A stretch of DNA of 64,000 nt from Eledone cirrhosa (GCA_964016885.1 OZ024743.1:374914001-374978000); one strand, 5' to 3'; positions 1 to 14,727 are shown, counted from the first letter of the stretch. Program-made: numbers and translations. The notes: generated by a model not told the origin, from the letters alone.

Positions 1-612
<612 letters not shown>

Positions 613-683
613 TATATATATATATATATTTATGTGTGTGTGTGTATAGATATACATCATATATATGTAATATATATATATGC

Positions 684-740
<57 letters not shown>

Positions 741-744
<4 letters not shown>

Positions 745-1046
745 TAAACGGAAAAGAAGATGCTGACAAATTGTTCACAGTGAAAAATAGTTTAATTAGG
801 AATAAGTGAGAATTAGTAATATATTGGTTAGTATTCAGTTTTGGTTTTAAGTTTTACCGGCTGCGCATTTCTAATATTTTTCAAAAATAATTTTGAGATA
901 GAGCGTCCGTGATTTTTGCTCTGATCAGGTAAAACTTAAAACCAAAACTGAATACTAACCAATACTATTACTAATTCTCACTTATTCCTAATTAAACTAT
1001 TTTTCACTGTGAACAATTTGTCAGCATTTTCTTATCCGTTTACCAA
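741..1046. repeat. Fold-back element with ~118-bp inverted repeats (741-858 / 928-1046), TA-flanked
   Basis: ttggtaaacgg...gttttacc is near-perfectly complementary to ggtaaaac...ccgtttaccaa. Confidence 0.9.
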
Positions 1047-1086
1047 TATATCATAACTTGTGTGTTACACCTCTATTCTTTTAAAT

Positions 1087-1370
<284 letters not shown>

Positions 1371-1773
1371 GTATGTAGTATGAAAATATGTTCAAAAGGC
1401 AAAGAAAATATATAAGACATCCTTTCGAGTGAAGTAACTGTGTGTCGAGTCACGTAAGTAGATACAGAAATGTCTTTTGACAGAAATACAAGTAAGGAAC
1501 AAAGGCATGATTTTTGGCGAGAGTAAATTTAAAAGGAACGAAATATTTTGGGTCATTCGAAGGAAGTCCTTGCTCCTCACATACACAAGCCCACACAAAC
1601 ACACATACATATACATGTATACATTCTTTTACTGGTTGACTTGGGCGATGCAGAAACACAGCTCTGATCATATTGTCTCCAGTACTTAATATATTTTTCA
1701 AGTCCATCACATATTTCTTTTGTCGGAGCGCTATGATACGTGACATAAACAGACAACATAAACAGCACAGAAA

Positions 1774-1775
1774 TA

Positions 1776-1860
<85 letters not shown>
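1774..1860. repeat. (ATCT)n tetranucleotide microsatellite
   Basis: Direct. Confidence 0.97.
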
Positions 1861-1861
<1 letters not shown>

Positions 1862-2128
1862 CCTCAACCTACAGGCTCTGTTTATAAGTCTGTAGGTTGA
1901 GGAAGAGAGCAAAAGGAAGAAAGGAGCACTTGCACAACACGCTCCTTGAGTTGAGGGTTGTTCTATCGACGGGGTATTAAACAACCCATTTGTGGCGCCT
2001 CCCCCCTATTGGGGATTTCGATTGTTGAAATTGTTTGTTTTTATATTTTTTACACGACTGTATGTAAAATCCCCGGCATGTCTTTGTATTGTCCCCTTTC
2101 TTGTTGCGCCCTTGTGGCTAATAAAGAA

Positions 2129-2129
<1 letters not shown>
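1861..2129 (+). mobile_element. Tx1-type LINE 3' end/3'UTR fragment (lineage A), severely 5'-truncated
   Basis: Homologous to the 3'UTR of the 56811-62520 element; ends GCCCTTGTGGCTAATAAAGAAAT then (CTAT)n. Confidence 0.75.
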
Positions 2130-2164
<35 letters not shown>

Positions 2165-2381
2165 CTTAATCTAGATGTCGTCTGTTCGATAGCGTAGACG
2201 TAATTCACTTCGCGCAGAAGTTTTGTTCCAATTTATTACGGAAATTTTGTAAGTTTAATTTTAACTTTGATACTATTGTGTAGCTTGACCTCCCGTCTGA
2301 ACTGTCAGGGGGTGGGTCAGCTCATTTTCGCCCCCTGTTTTTAAAAATTTTGTTGCATAAAATTTCAATCGTCTGGGAGAA

Positions 2382-4293
2382 ATGTTAAACGAAGCTAACG
2401 AAAATAGTGGTGGGGGGGACAGCGGTAAGAGTTGTAAGCTCGCACGCTTTAGTCCCCCTTCCTTCCCAACTAACGTCATAGAGAAGGAAAGAAAAAATAA
2501 AATAAAAACAGATGAATGTGCGGAGAAAAATGTCAACGAAAACACAAATCTGGAGATTGATTCCAACAACAAAAAAAAAAATATGAAAGAATTGCATGAC
2601 AATATTAATACCACAAACAAAGAAACAACAAACAGAAAAATAACATTTGAAAACAACAACATCATAACAGAAAGCAAAACAGACGACAAAGTCAACACCA
2701 ATAACATCTCCTTTGCACAAACAACAAAAAAATCTTTAACATACATACCTGAAAATATTTCAGATGTAGCAAAAAGAATAAAAAACGCCAAACAATTCAT
2801 AACTCAAGGGGAAAATGGAGCCTTGTCAGTAAAAATGCCCCCAAGAACTCACCAAAGATATTGAAAGTCGGACGGTCGTTTTCCGCACCATCAACAACAT
2901 CTCAAAAAAGCCACAACAACCAGCACAAGCAGAAATTAAAGCGGTACTTAGAGAAGTACTTAATGAAGCCACTTTCATAAGAAGAGACAGGCTCTATGGC
3001 AGCCTGGCCATTATTATGAAGAACGAATCGGCGGCAAAAAAATATGCTTTGTCGCCGATTCGTTCGACAAATTTTACCTTTTATCCATCTTATATGGGTA
3101 AAAGAACTCAGCGCATATGGCTGGATGCGATGATGCCAGATATGGACTACTGCTGGCTCATAGCTGGCTTCATCGATCCAGCGAATGACAACGTGATTTC
3201 CATTGGGAAAACCACAGGCAATGCGTTCAGTGGAACAGGTATAGAACTTGTAGTGCAAATGAAGCCTGAACGCATTGCCCAAATACCCGATAGAATCCTA
3301 TTAGAGGGCCACGGGTATATAAACATTAGCGTGGAGGGGAGAAGGCCGTCCTGTCATATCTGTGTAGGCAGAGGGCACCTGAAGGCGGCTTGTCCCCAAC
3401 TCAACAAGAAGAAAACCCTGCTACCAACACCAGCTCCACCACCACCACAACAGATAAACAAACAACAAAACTCAGTCCCACCCAACCCGTCCCTCAGTAA
3501 AACTACACCACCACCACAGCACAAACAGACACAACACATTACCCAAAAACAAAACACAGTCCCACCCAACCCCTCACTCAATAAAACAACACAACCACCG
3601 CAGCCACAACACACAACACAGTCTAACATAGTGACATCCATCTCCCCCACAAAGAAAACTAACACGGAAACATTACCAGCAAACATACCTCTTCCCTCCA
3701 ACACTGAAGATAACCCAACGAATTCGGAGGAAGAAACGGAGTCCTTCAGACAGATTAAAAGGAAAAAGAGAAAACATGTGCAAAACACACAAGGCCAAAC
3801 AGCCCCTACCCAAATGTCAACACAATCCAACAAAACACAAAACACCCCTCCAGCAACAAACAAAACCAAACCTACCCTCCCCTCTTCGAAGCACTCACCA
3901 TCCGAACAAAAGACATTACACTATACTTACATCAACAGAAACAATAATAAATTAAATGAACTCATAAACAATAACCCTTCGGTTTGTACCGAAGGGGTAA
4001 ACTTTGTTTCTTCAGAAAACTACCCACATTTAAAATTAATAAAGATCCCAATGAACCTCTACCAAAAACTAAAAAAGGATTTTAAGGAGGACGTAGGACC
4101 ACCCTCTGTCAAACCCATAAACCGCGTCCTCCTAAAAAGCTTTCCCCCTCCCCTTCTCCTCCCCAACACAACTCCAAACACACCAACCCCACCACACACT
4201 GACGACCCCACACCACCACAAGATACCCCTTCACCCAACACTCCCGACCCCATGGAAGTCGTGCGACCCGAACCCCGGGAAACAGAAAGGTAG
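2382..4293 (+). pseudogene. Tx1 ORF1 (gag-like nucleic-acid-binding protein), disrupted
   Basis: ORFs 2382-2864 and 3016-4293; RRPSCHICVGRGHLKAACP = CX2CX4HX4C knuckle; Pro/Thr-rich tail. Confidence 0.85.
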
Positions 4294-4332
4294 GTCTCTA
4301 CACTCTCCTTTCGCTTTGCCGCCCACAGGGAT

Positions 4333-7300
4333 GTGTTAAGAGTAGGATGTTTGAATGCACGTGGCCTGGGCTCGACTTGGAAGCAAGTAAAGCTTCTAAA
4401 TGACCTCAGGTCACGTGGTATAAATGTAATGGTTATCTGTGAGACTCGGATCAGCGTCGTGCGGCAGCTGGCCCCTACCTTCGATGACTTTGAGGTGCAC
4501 GCATCTCTCTGTCAACCTGGAGGTGGGGGTGGGGTTGTCGTACTGCTGGAAACACACCTGGGTCTCGCCGTACAGGTTGTTCACTCGAACCCGGAAGGTC
4601 GTTTGTTGGTGCTAGACGTTGGCAGTAGTGGAGGTGCGGCCTTGAGACTGGTCGCCGTCTACTCCCCTTTCGGAGCTGAACGACTCGACTTCTTCCAGCG
4701 TCTGGAGACTTTTCTGGGAACGTCCCGTTCCCTGCTTCTAGCGGGGGACTGGAATGCCATCCTAGATGCACGTTGGGACTAATAGAGGGGGGTGTAACAG
4801 CCTCAAGGGGTTACTCGACCGTTTTAACTTGGTCGATAGATATCGACTAGATTTTCCAACTGTGCCAACCTGGACTTGGACGAACCACAATGGTCAATCT
4901 AGATCGTACTTAGTAAGATTCTTAGTTAGAAGTAAGGATAGGGACATATTAAGCTGTCCAGAAATGCTCACGGTTGGCTATACAGATCACAAATTAGTGA
5001 CCTGCGTAGTCAACCTCGAGAGAACACATAGACAGGGTCCCGGTTACTGGAAACTTAATTTGTCTTTACCGGCAAAAGAGGCTTACAGAGACTGGATTAG
5101 CAGATTAGTTGAGGAGAGGTTGAAGGGTGCAATCGTCAACAACCGATGGTGGGCATCTCTCAAAAGAGAGATTAGAACAGAATCAATAAGTTATAGCAAG
5201 ATGTTAGCTGCCGATAGGAATAGGAACGAGAAAGAATTAACAGGTAAATTAGAAGAGGCAATCAAGAGCGAAGATGTGGCCCGAGTGCTGGCATCGAGGA
5301 CGGCCTTGAGCCAGTTTTTCGATGCAAAGCACGAAGGCTGCGTCATTCGAAGTAAAATACGTGCTCTAGGTAATGAGGGGGCCAAAGCCGTTGGCTGGGC
5401 CCGCGTGACAGAAGCTAAGAGTGGAAATCGATCCACCATCCGGTCTTTGCAAGACGAGGATGGACGGCTGATCCGGGAGCCTAAGCATATGTGCGAGGCC
5501 TTTCAAAGGCACTTTGCCCGATTGTTCGGGGAGGCGAGGGTCCGGGCGGGGACGTGGATTTCGGTCCATACCTCGACGGCCTGCCGCGTCTCTCAAGCGA
5601 AGAGGCAGAGTCCTGCGAGGGACCAATCTCGGCTGATGAGATCGGGGATGCGCTGAGCCAATGCAGCAGACGCAAATCTCCAGGTCTCGATGGTATACCT
5701 TACGAACTTTATTTAGCAATGCCTGTCTTCTTCTCCGAACTCCTCGAAGCAGTCTACTGCAATTGGCAGCAGAACGGGAGAATTCCTTGTTCTGTAGCCA
5801 AGGGCGTAGTCTCGCTGGTGAGGAAGGACGAGAACAAGGGGGATAGTATAAATAAGTTTCGGCCCATAACCCTGCTAAACACAGAGTTAAAGATTTTGGA
5901 CAAGGTGTTAGCAAAGAGGTTGGCGCTTGTCGTGGGTGGCCTGGTCGGAGATGCGCAGACATGTGCTATCCCATCCAGGTCCATTCACGACAACCTCCAC
6001 CTCATGCGATACATCATAGAGAGGGTTGGCAACAAACCCGGCTTCGGTGGGGCCCTGATCAACTTGGATCAGTCTAAGGCGTTCGATAGGGTCGACCATG
6101 GTTACCTGGATGCGGTGCTAGCGGCGGCTGGGTTCGGTCCTGGTTTCAGAGGCTGGATCACTGCCTTACATAGCAACCACATCTGTTCTAGGATCAAGGT
6201 GAACGGCTACCTTTCGAAGCCGTTCGAAATCACACGATCCATTCGTCAGGGGTGCCCTCTCTCCTCCCTTCTGTACGTATTGACTCTCGAGCCTTTACTG
6301 AGGAAGTTGGAGTTGTTGCAGGGTATCCCCCTGGAACCAGGATTGAGCAAAGCGGTGTCCGGCCTACGCCGATGACGTAACAGTAATGGTATCGACCGAC
6401 TCGGAGATCGAGGCGATCGGTACCTTACTGGAGGAATACGAAAGGTTGTCAGGAGCGAAACTGAACCGGGAAAAATCCATCGGGCTGCAACTGGGAACGT
6501 GGAGAGGCAGACCGATGCTTCCCGACGGTGTCGTCGGACACTTGACGGTGAAGTTGCTTGGGGTCTGGTTTGGACCGGACCTCCAGGTGGAAAGAACTGG
6601 GGCGAGGTTACGAACAAGGTGTTTGCACTGACCCAGAAATGGGCCAAGTGTAAACTGTCCCTGAAAGGTCGGACGGAGGTGGCGAACATTTACATAGCGT
6701 CCGTCACCTACTACCGCCTGACTGTCGTGCCTTTGCCCTAGGAAACACTCACCACCATGGAACGCATGCTCTTTCAATTTCTTTGGAAGAAGCGCCCCCC
6801 TATGGTGAGAAGATCCATCTGCTGCCAACAACCTTCGAAAGGAGGGCTGGGGATGCCGTGATTGATGATGGCGTAGGCACGCATTAAGGCTACGGCACCT
6901 ACAGGTATTCCTCACTGGTCAACCGGTGTGGGCTGCGTTCGTGAGACGAGCCTTCCGAGACTCGTCTCGCTCACCGAGCTGCAGTCCTGGGTCAGGCAAA
7001 GATCCGGTAAACTGGGCGACTGGCACACTGAGTGTGCCCAGGCGCTCAGGGCTCTCTGGCAAGCGGGACCGGCCATCGTGGAGAATCCACCTCGTCATTC
7101 TATAGAGGGCTGGTGGCTAACAGGGGCGATGACACCCTTGGAGAGTCGCTGGACATGGAAGAGGACGAACTGGCCAGCCTGTTCGGTAGGACTTTCGGCC
7201 CGGGACCAATGGACAACTTCCAGAAGTCACTGGCCTGGCAGTGCTACCGGGGGGCTCTAACCGTTCGAGAAAAGCTCTACAGACACGGGCGCCGGGCAGG

Positions 7301-7460
7301 GATCCCTCGAAAAAGATTTGCCCTAGATGCGTGGCGTCACGAAGAAACCGTTGCGCACGCATTGGTGCACTGTCCGGGCGTGGCTGATCTGTGGGGCTAC
7401 ACCGAACGACTGCTGGTCGCGGGTGGCGCCGATTCGATTGACCGCCGAGTCCGTGATGAC
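4333..7460 (+). pseudogene. Tx1 ORF2 (APE endonuclease + reverse transcriptase + C-terminal Zn finger), multiple frameshifts
   Basis: LNARGL, GDWN, TDH, GPGYWKLN; SPGLDG, FRPITLLN, LDQSKAFDRV, RQGCPLS, YADD at ~6365; ETVAHALVHC. Confidence 0.93.
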
Positions 7461-7521
7461 ATATATATAAGCAATGTGAGAAGCCGAATTTTCAGCTTTT
7501 GAAGCGTTGAGAATATATGTA

Positions 7522-7560
<39 letters not shown>

Positions 7561-7595
7561 GCCATTAGCATAGGTGTGTATATAATATAATATAT

Positions 7596-7627
<32 letters not shown>

Positions 7628-7766
7628 AAGGATAACAAAATATCGTTATAGGTAATCCAGTTAGAGGTTGTGAATACTTATTATTATGGATAGTTTTTGA
7701 CTCAACAAGAGGTTTAAGTAGATGACGAGTTTATGATTTCACTTGTATTCCTGTGTAAGTTTATCA

Positions 7767-7893
7767 AAATAAAACAATTCAGCAGCATACAAGGATCGAC
7801 TTTTACATGAGATCGAATATAACTATATATATATATAGTTATATTCGATCTCATGAAAAAGTCGATCTTGTATGCTGCTGAATTGTTTTATTT
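7767..7893. repeat. Palindrome with ~55-bp arms centred on (TA)n
   Basis: aaataaaacaattcagcagcatacaag...gatcgaatataac / gttatattcgatc...cttgtatgctgctgaattgttttattt. Confidence 0.9.
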
Positions 7894-8053
7894 GTTTTGT
7901 GTTTTTTCTTAATTATTTATTCTTTCTCTAGGACTTCTGTAATTTTCTTTGAAAGCAAAGTTTTTTGCATTGGCCCCTAAAGTACTACAATGGACCATCG
8001 AAGGGCACACTTGCCATCAGACAACCTGACGACCTGGCAGTCCGCCACTGTAT

Positions 8054-8089
<36 letters not shown>

Positions 8090-8484
8090 GTCAGACACAA
8101 CATACACACAGACAGCCACAAAGATAGATACACACACACACACAAACACACACACACGCGCACACGCACGCAAATCGCTAGGGGATAAGTGATCCTTTCT
8201 GTGGCTAAATACCTTAAGATGAAATATTCCAGACTCACAAATGTAGGTAACCATGTTCAAACAACAGATGTGTCTTGTGTATGTCATTAAACTTTCTATA
8301 GCTTCTTTATCAATGACACACTTCTCGACGACTGTGACGTATGTGATCCGGGAGGCGACGCCTCTTAAAATTGCATCAAATTGGTAATCGAAATCTACAT
8401 GTCTGTTTCGCTGAAAGAGATGACTATTGATTTACTATTGATTGCTTTTAGTGTTTCATTCTTTTACCTGAGCTCTAAACGTAG

Positions 8485-8645
8485 ATAATTGGCAGAATTG
8501 TTAGAACACTGGATAGAACGCCCTATGGTGTATATTCTTACTCATTGCAACCCTCCCTCAGTTTAAAACTCACCGACGTAAACTTTGCCTTTCATTCTTT
8601 GAAGGGCAAGAAAAAAAATTACCACTAGAGTACTAGAGTGATTCT
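8485..8645 (+). mobile_element. Degraded tRNA-derived SINE
   Basis: tggcagaattgttagaac head; aactttgcctttcattc core similar to the 8834 copy. Confidence 0.55.
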
Positions 8646-8833
8646 TCCTTTATATCTCTTTCTCACCTCTGCCTTCGTCTCTCCCACTCTCCCCATCTCT
8701 TACTATTATCAGAAAATGGCGGATGGAGCTGGAAACATTGCGATCCCACATATAGCGTGTTGTGTGACTTTATTCCACTAAGATTGGTTGCTTTCTTTTG
8801 CGTAGGCCTTCGTATTATCTCTATATTATTTTC

Positions 8834-9055
8834 GCTGGTGGATTGGCAGTATCGGTAGAGCGTCGGACAACTTGCTTTATGGCATTGAGTTACATTTCTT
8901 TACGTTCTGTGTTCAAATCCCACCGAGGTGAGCTTTGACTTTCATCCTTACGGGGTCGATAAATAAAGTACCAGTAATGTACTGGGGTCAATTTAATTGA
9001 CTTTCCCCTCCCCGCAAAATTGTTGACCTTGTGCCTAAATCAGAAATCATTATTT
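8834..9055 (+). mobile_element. tRNA-derived SINE, full length
   Basis: A box TGGCAGTATCGG, B box GTTCAAATCC, central ctttcatccttacggggtcgataaataaagtaccag (Meta/RUDI-like from memory), tail gaaatcattatt. Confidence 0.85.
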
Positions 9056-9727
9056 TTTATCGTGGATACAGTCAAGTAAGACCAAGTTTTAGCCATAAAA
9101 ATACTTGTTCAGCCATCACCATCTTTCTTCTGAAGATATTTCGACATAATTCTTGGATAACATGAGCACTTCAATTCACTAGTTTCCTCTTAGAGCTAAT
9201 TAACTGATTAGAATTAAATAAATCCATTAAACATTGTTGTTTAATTATTATTAATTTACAATGACCACACAAGTAGTTCAATTGTTATTTTCTTCCATGA
9301 AATATATAATCAATAATTATACATTGTTAAATTATTGATCATCTTCGAATTTCTCTGTCATTTATGGTTTGTCACATTATCATCTTAACTTCATCGGTCA
9401 GTAAACATCGAAACTTCTGACCACCATTTGTCATACTCTTTCCATTAACTTTATTTGCTTCTAATCGATCTGTTTATGTTCTTTATTTATATTTCTTTAT
9501 TTGGTTGTTTTCTTTTATTTATTTATTCACTTTTCCACTTATTATCGCCTTATCTCTCATCACTGCATATTCAACTTTATTTTATTAACCCCCCCCCCCC
9601 CTCTTTTCTCTCTCTATCTCTTTCTCATCTCATTTTCTCTCGCTCTCTCTCTCTTTCTCCCCCCCACCATATATATATATATATGTGTGTATGTGTGTAT
9701 AATATAAATACATACACACACACACAC

Positions 9728-9800
<73 letters not shown>

Positions 9801-9809
9801 GTACATATT

Positions 9810-9837
<28 letters not shown>

Positions 9838-9840
<3 letters not shown>

Positions 9841-10170
9841 ACAAGAAAGTCTGGTAAGATACCAGGTGGATCATAACGCACCATAAACGAGTTCGGATCT
9901 AGTTGCCGAAACGGCCGGAGCTCAGCCGTCGGGATCCTGACTTTTTTCCTATATATAGATATATAGATATATAGAAAAATGTTCAAGACCCCAACGGCAG
10001 AGCTCAAGTCGTTTCTACGGCTATTTCAGTCCAGAAATAGCCGTCGAGACGGCTCGAGCTCTGCGTCGGGGTCTTGAACATTTTCCTATTACCCACTTCT
10101 ACTACCCTAAGTATTGAGTACTCTGGTGCGTTATGGTCCACCTGGTTCTTACCACACTTTCTTTGTTATA
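9838..10170. mobile_element. TA-flanked MITE-like element with ~45-bp imperfect TIRs and an internal ~53-bp-arm hairpin (9974-10086)
   Basis: acaagaaagtctggtaag...cataacgcacca vs tggtgcgttatg...cttaccacactttctttgt. Confidence 0.75.
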
Positions 10171-10184
10171 TATATATATATATA

Positions 10185-10367
10185 TAACGGAGGAGTTGTG
10201 GTAAGGACCATAACGCACCAGAGTACTCAATACTTAGGGTAGTAGAGTGGGTAATAGGAGAAATTATGACCCGACGGCAGAACTCAAGCCGTTTCGACGA
10301 CTATCTTGTCCAGAAATAGCCGTTGAAACGGCTTGAGCTCTGCCGTCGGGTCATAATTTCTCCTATA
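10185..10367. mobile_element. Related partial copy, inverted relative to the right half of 9838-10170, with its own hairpin (10255-10367)
   Basis: taacgcaccagagtactcaatacttagggtagtaga is the reverse complement of 10098-10133; taggagaaattatgacccgacggcag / ctgccgtcgggtcataatttctccta. Confidence 0.75.
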
Positions 10368-10587
10368 TACAGTATATATATATATATATATTCAATTAGA
10401 GAAAGTTGGTTGATTGAAAATCAGCCGACTTTTATATAACAGATGTCAAGCCCCCACGGTCATGTTTATCCTGAGTTTTATTATCATAATAAACAAGTAA
10501 GACGGTTACGTTAGTCTATCCCTATACGGACCAAGCTGGCCACTCGCCGAACTAAATAACTCGTGTGACCGCTTGCATATCTACTGG

Positions 10588-10589
<2 letters not shown>

Positions 10590-10685
<96 letters not shown>

Positions 10686-10770
10686 TTATATATATATATT
10701 TATATATATATATTATATTATGGATACATTTTATTACTAATTATATCTAAATGTTTCTTCTCTCTTCATA

Positions 10771-10816
<46 letters not shown>

Positions 10817-10869
10817 ATTTATATATATATATATTTATATATATATTTATATATATATATATATATATT

Positions 10870-10929
<60 letters not shown>

Positions 10930-11025
10930 TTATATATATATATTTATATATATATTTATATATATATTTATTAAATATATTTATATATAAATTTATATAT
11001 ATATTTATATAGTATTTATATATAA

Positions 11026-11110
<85 letters not shown>
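10590..11110. repeat. (TA)n with TTTA variants
   Basis: Direct. Confidence 0.95.
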
Positions 11111-11114
<4 letters not shown>

Positions 11115-11293
11115 AAACTGGGACGGGACCAAAAACAGAGAGGCAGTACAAACAAAGGTTTATTAGTTTCACGCTCTTGAGAGTGGGTGGGGTATATTTA
11201 TATATATATATGATTGGTATTGGATGCTTAAAGCGTGCGCATGCGGTAGGCGGTATAAGCACTCGATGCTCTCATAGAGTAGAGTATGATATC

Positions 11294-11814
<521 letters not shown>

Positions 11815-12035
11815 CAATGGAAACTATATTTATAAAACCATATTTATTTCATTATACATATTTCAAGGATACCAAAGCAAATTATTGTGCGCTTTCATCA
11901 GATAAATATATATAGCTCAGTTTTATAAACAAATATTGACATACCCTTAAAGAATGTGACCATGTCGGTTGGAGCTCCCGTTGAGTGCTTTATATCAGTT
12001 ATAAAAATATTTGCTTGTTGTATCCCAACAAATTA
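11815..12035 (-). mobile_element. Non-coding Penelope-like remnant related to the termini of the 46274-49984 PLE
   Basis: 11815-11950 resembles 46288-46425; 11980-12035 is the reverse complement of ~46203-46254. Confidence 0.75.
11847..11907 (-). ncRNA. Type I hammerhead ribozyme, intact core
   Basis: Minus strand: UUUAU-CUGAUGA-AAG...CUU-GAAA-UAUGUAUA|AUGAA. Confidence 0.8.
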
Positions 12036-12045
12036 ATATAACTTC

Positions 12046-12232
<187 letters not shown>

Positions 12233-12635
12233 TATATTCTGTATATATTCCTTTTTCTCTATCTCCTGGCAGCAAACTAGCAATCAATTATCCGAGAAAC
12301 ATCTCGATTGATGAAAATAGTTAAGAATCACGAACTTCAACATTTTCATTCTCCCTCACCCTCACATACTCTTTCACTCTATTTTTCCCTACCTCTCTAT
12401 CTCACTCACTGTATTTCTCTTTCTCTCTCTTTCCTATCTCATTGACTACCAAATGGTCTATGTAAAGCTATGACAACTAGAGACTTACTAACCTATGTTA
12501 CCGCAAATATTGTTTAGCTGTTGACTCCTGTGTTTCTCTGCGCTTTGACAGGTTCTGTTTGCCATAAGAATGCAATAGGTTATACTGTGTTACATATTAC
12601 CAGTAGCACAAATATAATATACATTATGTGTACAT

Positions 12636-12734
<99 letters not shown>

Positions 12735-12739
12735 TGTGC

Positions 12740-12771
<32 letters not shown>

Positions 12772-12852
12772 GGTAAACAGAAATAACAACACAATCGGTA
12801 CATCATATGGAAGGAATATATTAGGTCAACGCTTGAAATAGCAGGAAGAGGG

Positions 12853-12887
12853 TCTTAACGTTTGGACGCTAGTCCTTCATCAGAAGA
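12853..12887 (-). ncRNA. Minimal type I hammerhead, G12 missing (degenerate)
   Basis: Minus strand: UCUU-CUGAUGA-A-GGAC-UAGC-GUCC-AAACGUU|AAGA. Confidence 0.6.
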
Positions 12888-12945
12888 ATGAATGAGAAAT
12901 AAGATAGATTGAGGGGACGGGGTGGGTTGGAATTGGAAAAAATGT

Positions 12946-13019
<74 letters not shown>

Positions 13020-13169
13020 AATTAAAAAGAACAGAAAGATGCAGTAAAAGAGATTTATTCGGTTCCTACGTACGTTTCAATAGACATCTATTTGCCTAGA
13101 TCTCGCTACATCTATAATATTATATTACTTCAAAATATTAACAAAATAGATATTCTTGTGATCAAGTAT

Positions 13170-13233
13170 TTTTATTATACATATTTCAGAGGTTACTGAG
13201 TTAACTTCAACAATACGTCCTCATCAGATAAAA
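13170..13233 (-). ncRNA. Type I hammerhead ribozyme, intact core
   Basis: Minus strand: UUUUAU-CUGAUGA-GGA...UCU-GAAA-UAUGUAUA|AUAAAA. Confidence 0.82.
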
Positions 13234-14598
13234 TAAGATGATGCATGACATACCCTGACATAGTAGATGGTTAAGATTCAGTCATGGTAGTGAGTAATAT
13301 ATGAAAAAACTCAATATTTATATACGTTAATATTGAGAACACGAGAAAAATATATAATACATACAAAGAGAGGGTGCGTGTGAGACAGCTTAAAAAATAT
13401 TTGGCATCAATATAACTGTTAAATAATTTAAATTATTGAATAAAGAGGAAAGAAAAGAAAAGCATATAGGAAGAAACAGATGAGAGGATATATAGTTAGT
13501 AGGGGCCTAGAAAAACCAAGGAGAGTTGATTACAGAGAGAGAGATAAAGAGGAATAACTTATGTTCAAGTCTTTAGACAATTATCCATATATACAATATA
13601 TATCTAAACATATCTGGTTTGACCGTTAATATTCAAAATATTTCATTTAAGTTAGTTCAGAGTGATGAATAATATTTTAGGTTTAAAAGTTAATAGGTAT
13701 CTGTATTAATATTAAAGTATACTATCAAATTTAATTTCTAAAATCAAATTTTATGAAATCAAATTAAAGGATTTACAAACACGAGAAAGAAAACATAATG
13801 TTTTTACAACCTCACGAAGGTAAACTTTACCAAAATTATTTATAATATTGACAACAGTTTATATAATATAATTTAGAAAATAATCACAGTTATAATTTTT
13901 AAAGAATTTAATGATTAACAATTTGAGTGCCTAAAGGATCAACAGACCTTATAATTAAACTTAAAGAGGTCTGAATTTTAAATTACATATATGTGTTTTA
14001 CCAAAAAAAAATACACAAAGATTATATTGTCTAAAGACTTAAGATGATACCTTTCAAATATACATAACATAATACAATATAGAAAATAAGTTACTGAAAA
14101 TATTGTTAAAAATTAATGTTTTAGATCAATTATTGTAAAAGGATCATTTAATTGATATATACTATAAATATATAAGTCAAAACTTCATGAGTCCTAAGAA
14201 TAAGGACTCGATACAAAATAAAAGTGAAAAAATAATGAATTGTTTGCGAAACATAAAAATGCCCAATATTAAAAAATATAGTTTAAAATGCAAGAGGATT
14301 TTAATATATAGTAGACAAAAGATACTTCTAAAATGTCCAGCGACAGAGGAGCTAAAGGTTTGAAAGAGCCGAAGGTAATCTAAATTATTGAAATAAATTT
14401 AATTAAATAAAGTAAATTAAATTAAAATTAAGTAATAATCATTATATAATTTAGAACATCAAGGGAATATCTAACACTTATAACAATAGAGAGTCATTTG
14501 AGTATCTAAATTACTTATAAATGTAACTACGAGCATGTTATTATACTATATAAACATATTTGTACAACTATATAGAGAGAGTATTATAAGTATTAGTG

Positions 14599-14727
14599 AA
14601 CGGCCCTTGCCATTCTGAGTTCAAATCCCGCCGAGGTTAACTTTGCTTTTCATCCTTACGGGGTCGATAAAATAAAGTACCAGTAATACACTGGGTAATT
14701 GCTGGCCTTGTGCCTAACGTAGAAACA
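14599..14727 (+). mobile_element. 5'-truncated SINE inserted in the PLE 3' region, with 16-bp TSD
   Basis: B box gttcaaatcc plus core; attataagtattagtg at 14583-14598 and 14728-14743. Confidence 0.85.

Larger units (their letters stand above)
2164..7460 (+). mobile_element. L1/Tx1-clade non-LTR retrotransposon (lineage A), 3' end missing
   Basis: 5'UTR, ORF1 with CCHC knuckle, ORF2 with APE-RT-CCHC; breaks off into (TA)n at ~7460. Confidence 0.92.

Noticed and set aside
1448-1745. gtcacgta...tacgtgac inverted ends suggesting a solo LTR
   Set aside because: Only an 8-bp match, the left end is not TG, and there is no TSD.
2273-4253. Antisense ORFs over Tx1 and RTE coding regions (also 50956-51588, 61769-62354)
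   Set aside because: Shadow frames of retrotransposon ORFs with low-complexity composition.
8030-8052. ggcagtccgccactg-TA, resembling a DNA-transposon TIR end
   Set aside because: No partner TIR was found in the window.
8840-8925. tRNA gene
   Set aside because: A and B boxes are present, but it continues into a SINE core and tail with no cloverleaf, so it is called a SINE.
13060-13085. Minus-strand GAAACGUACGUA|GGAACC, resembling a hammerhead 3' half
   Set aside because: No upstream CUGANGA with a complementary stem I was found; at most a remnant.
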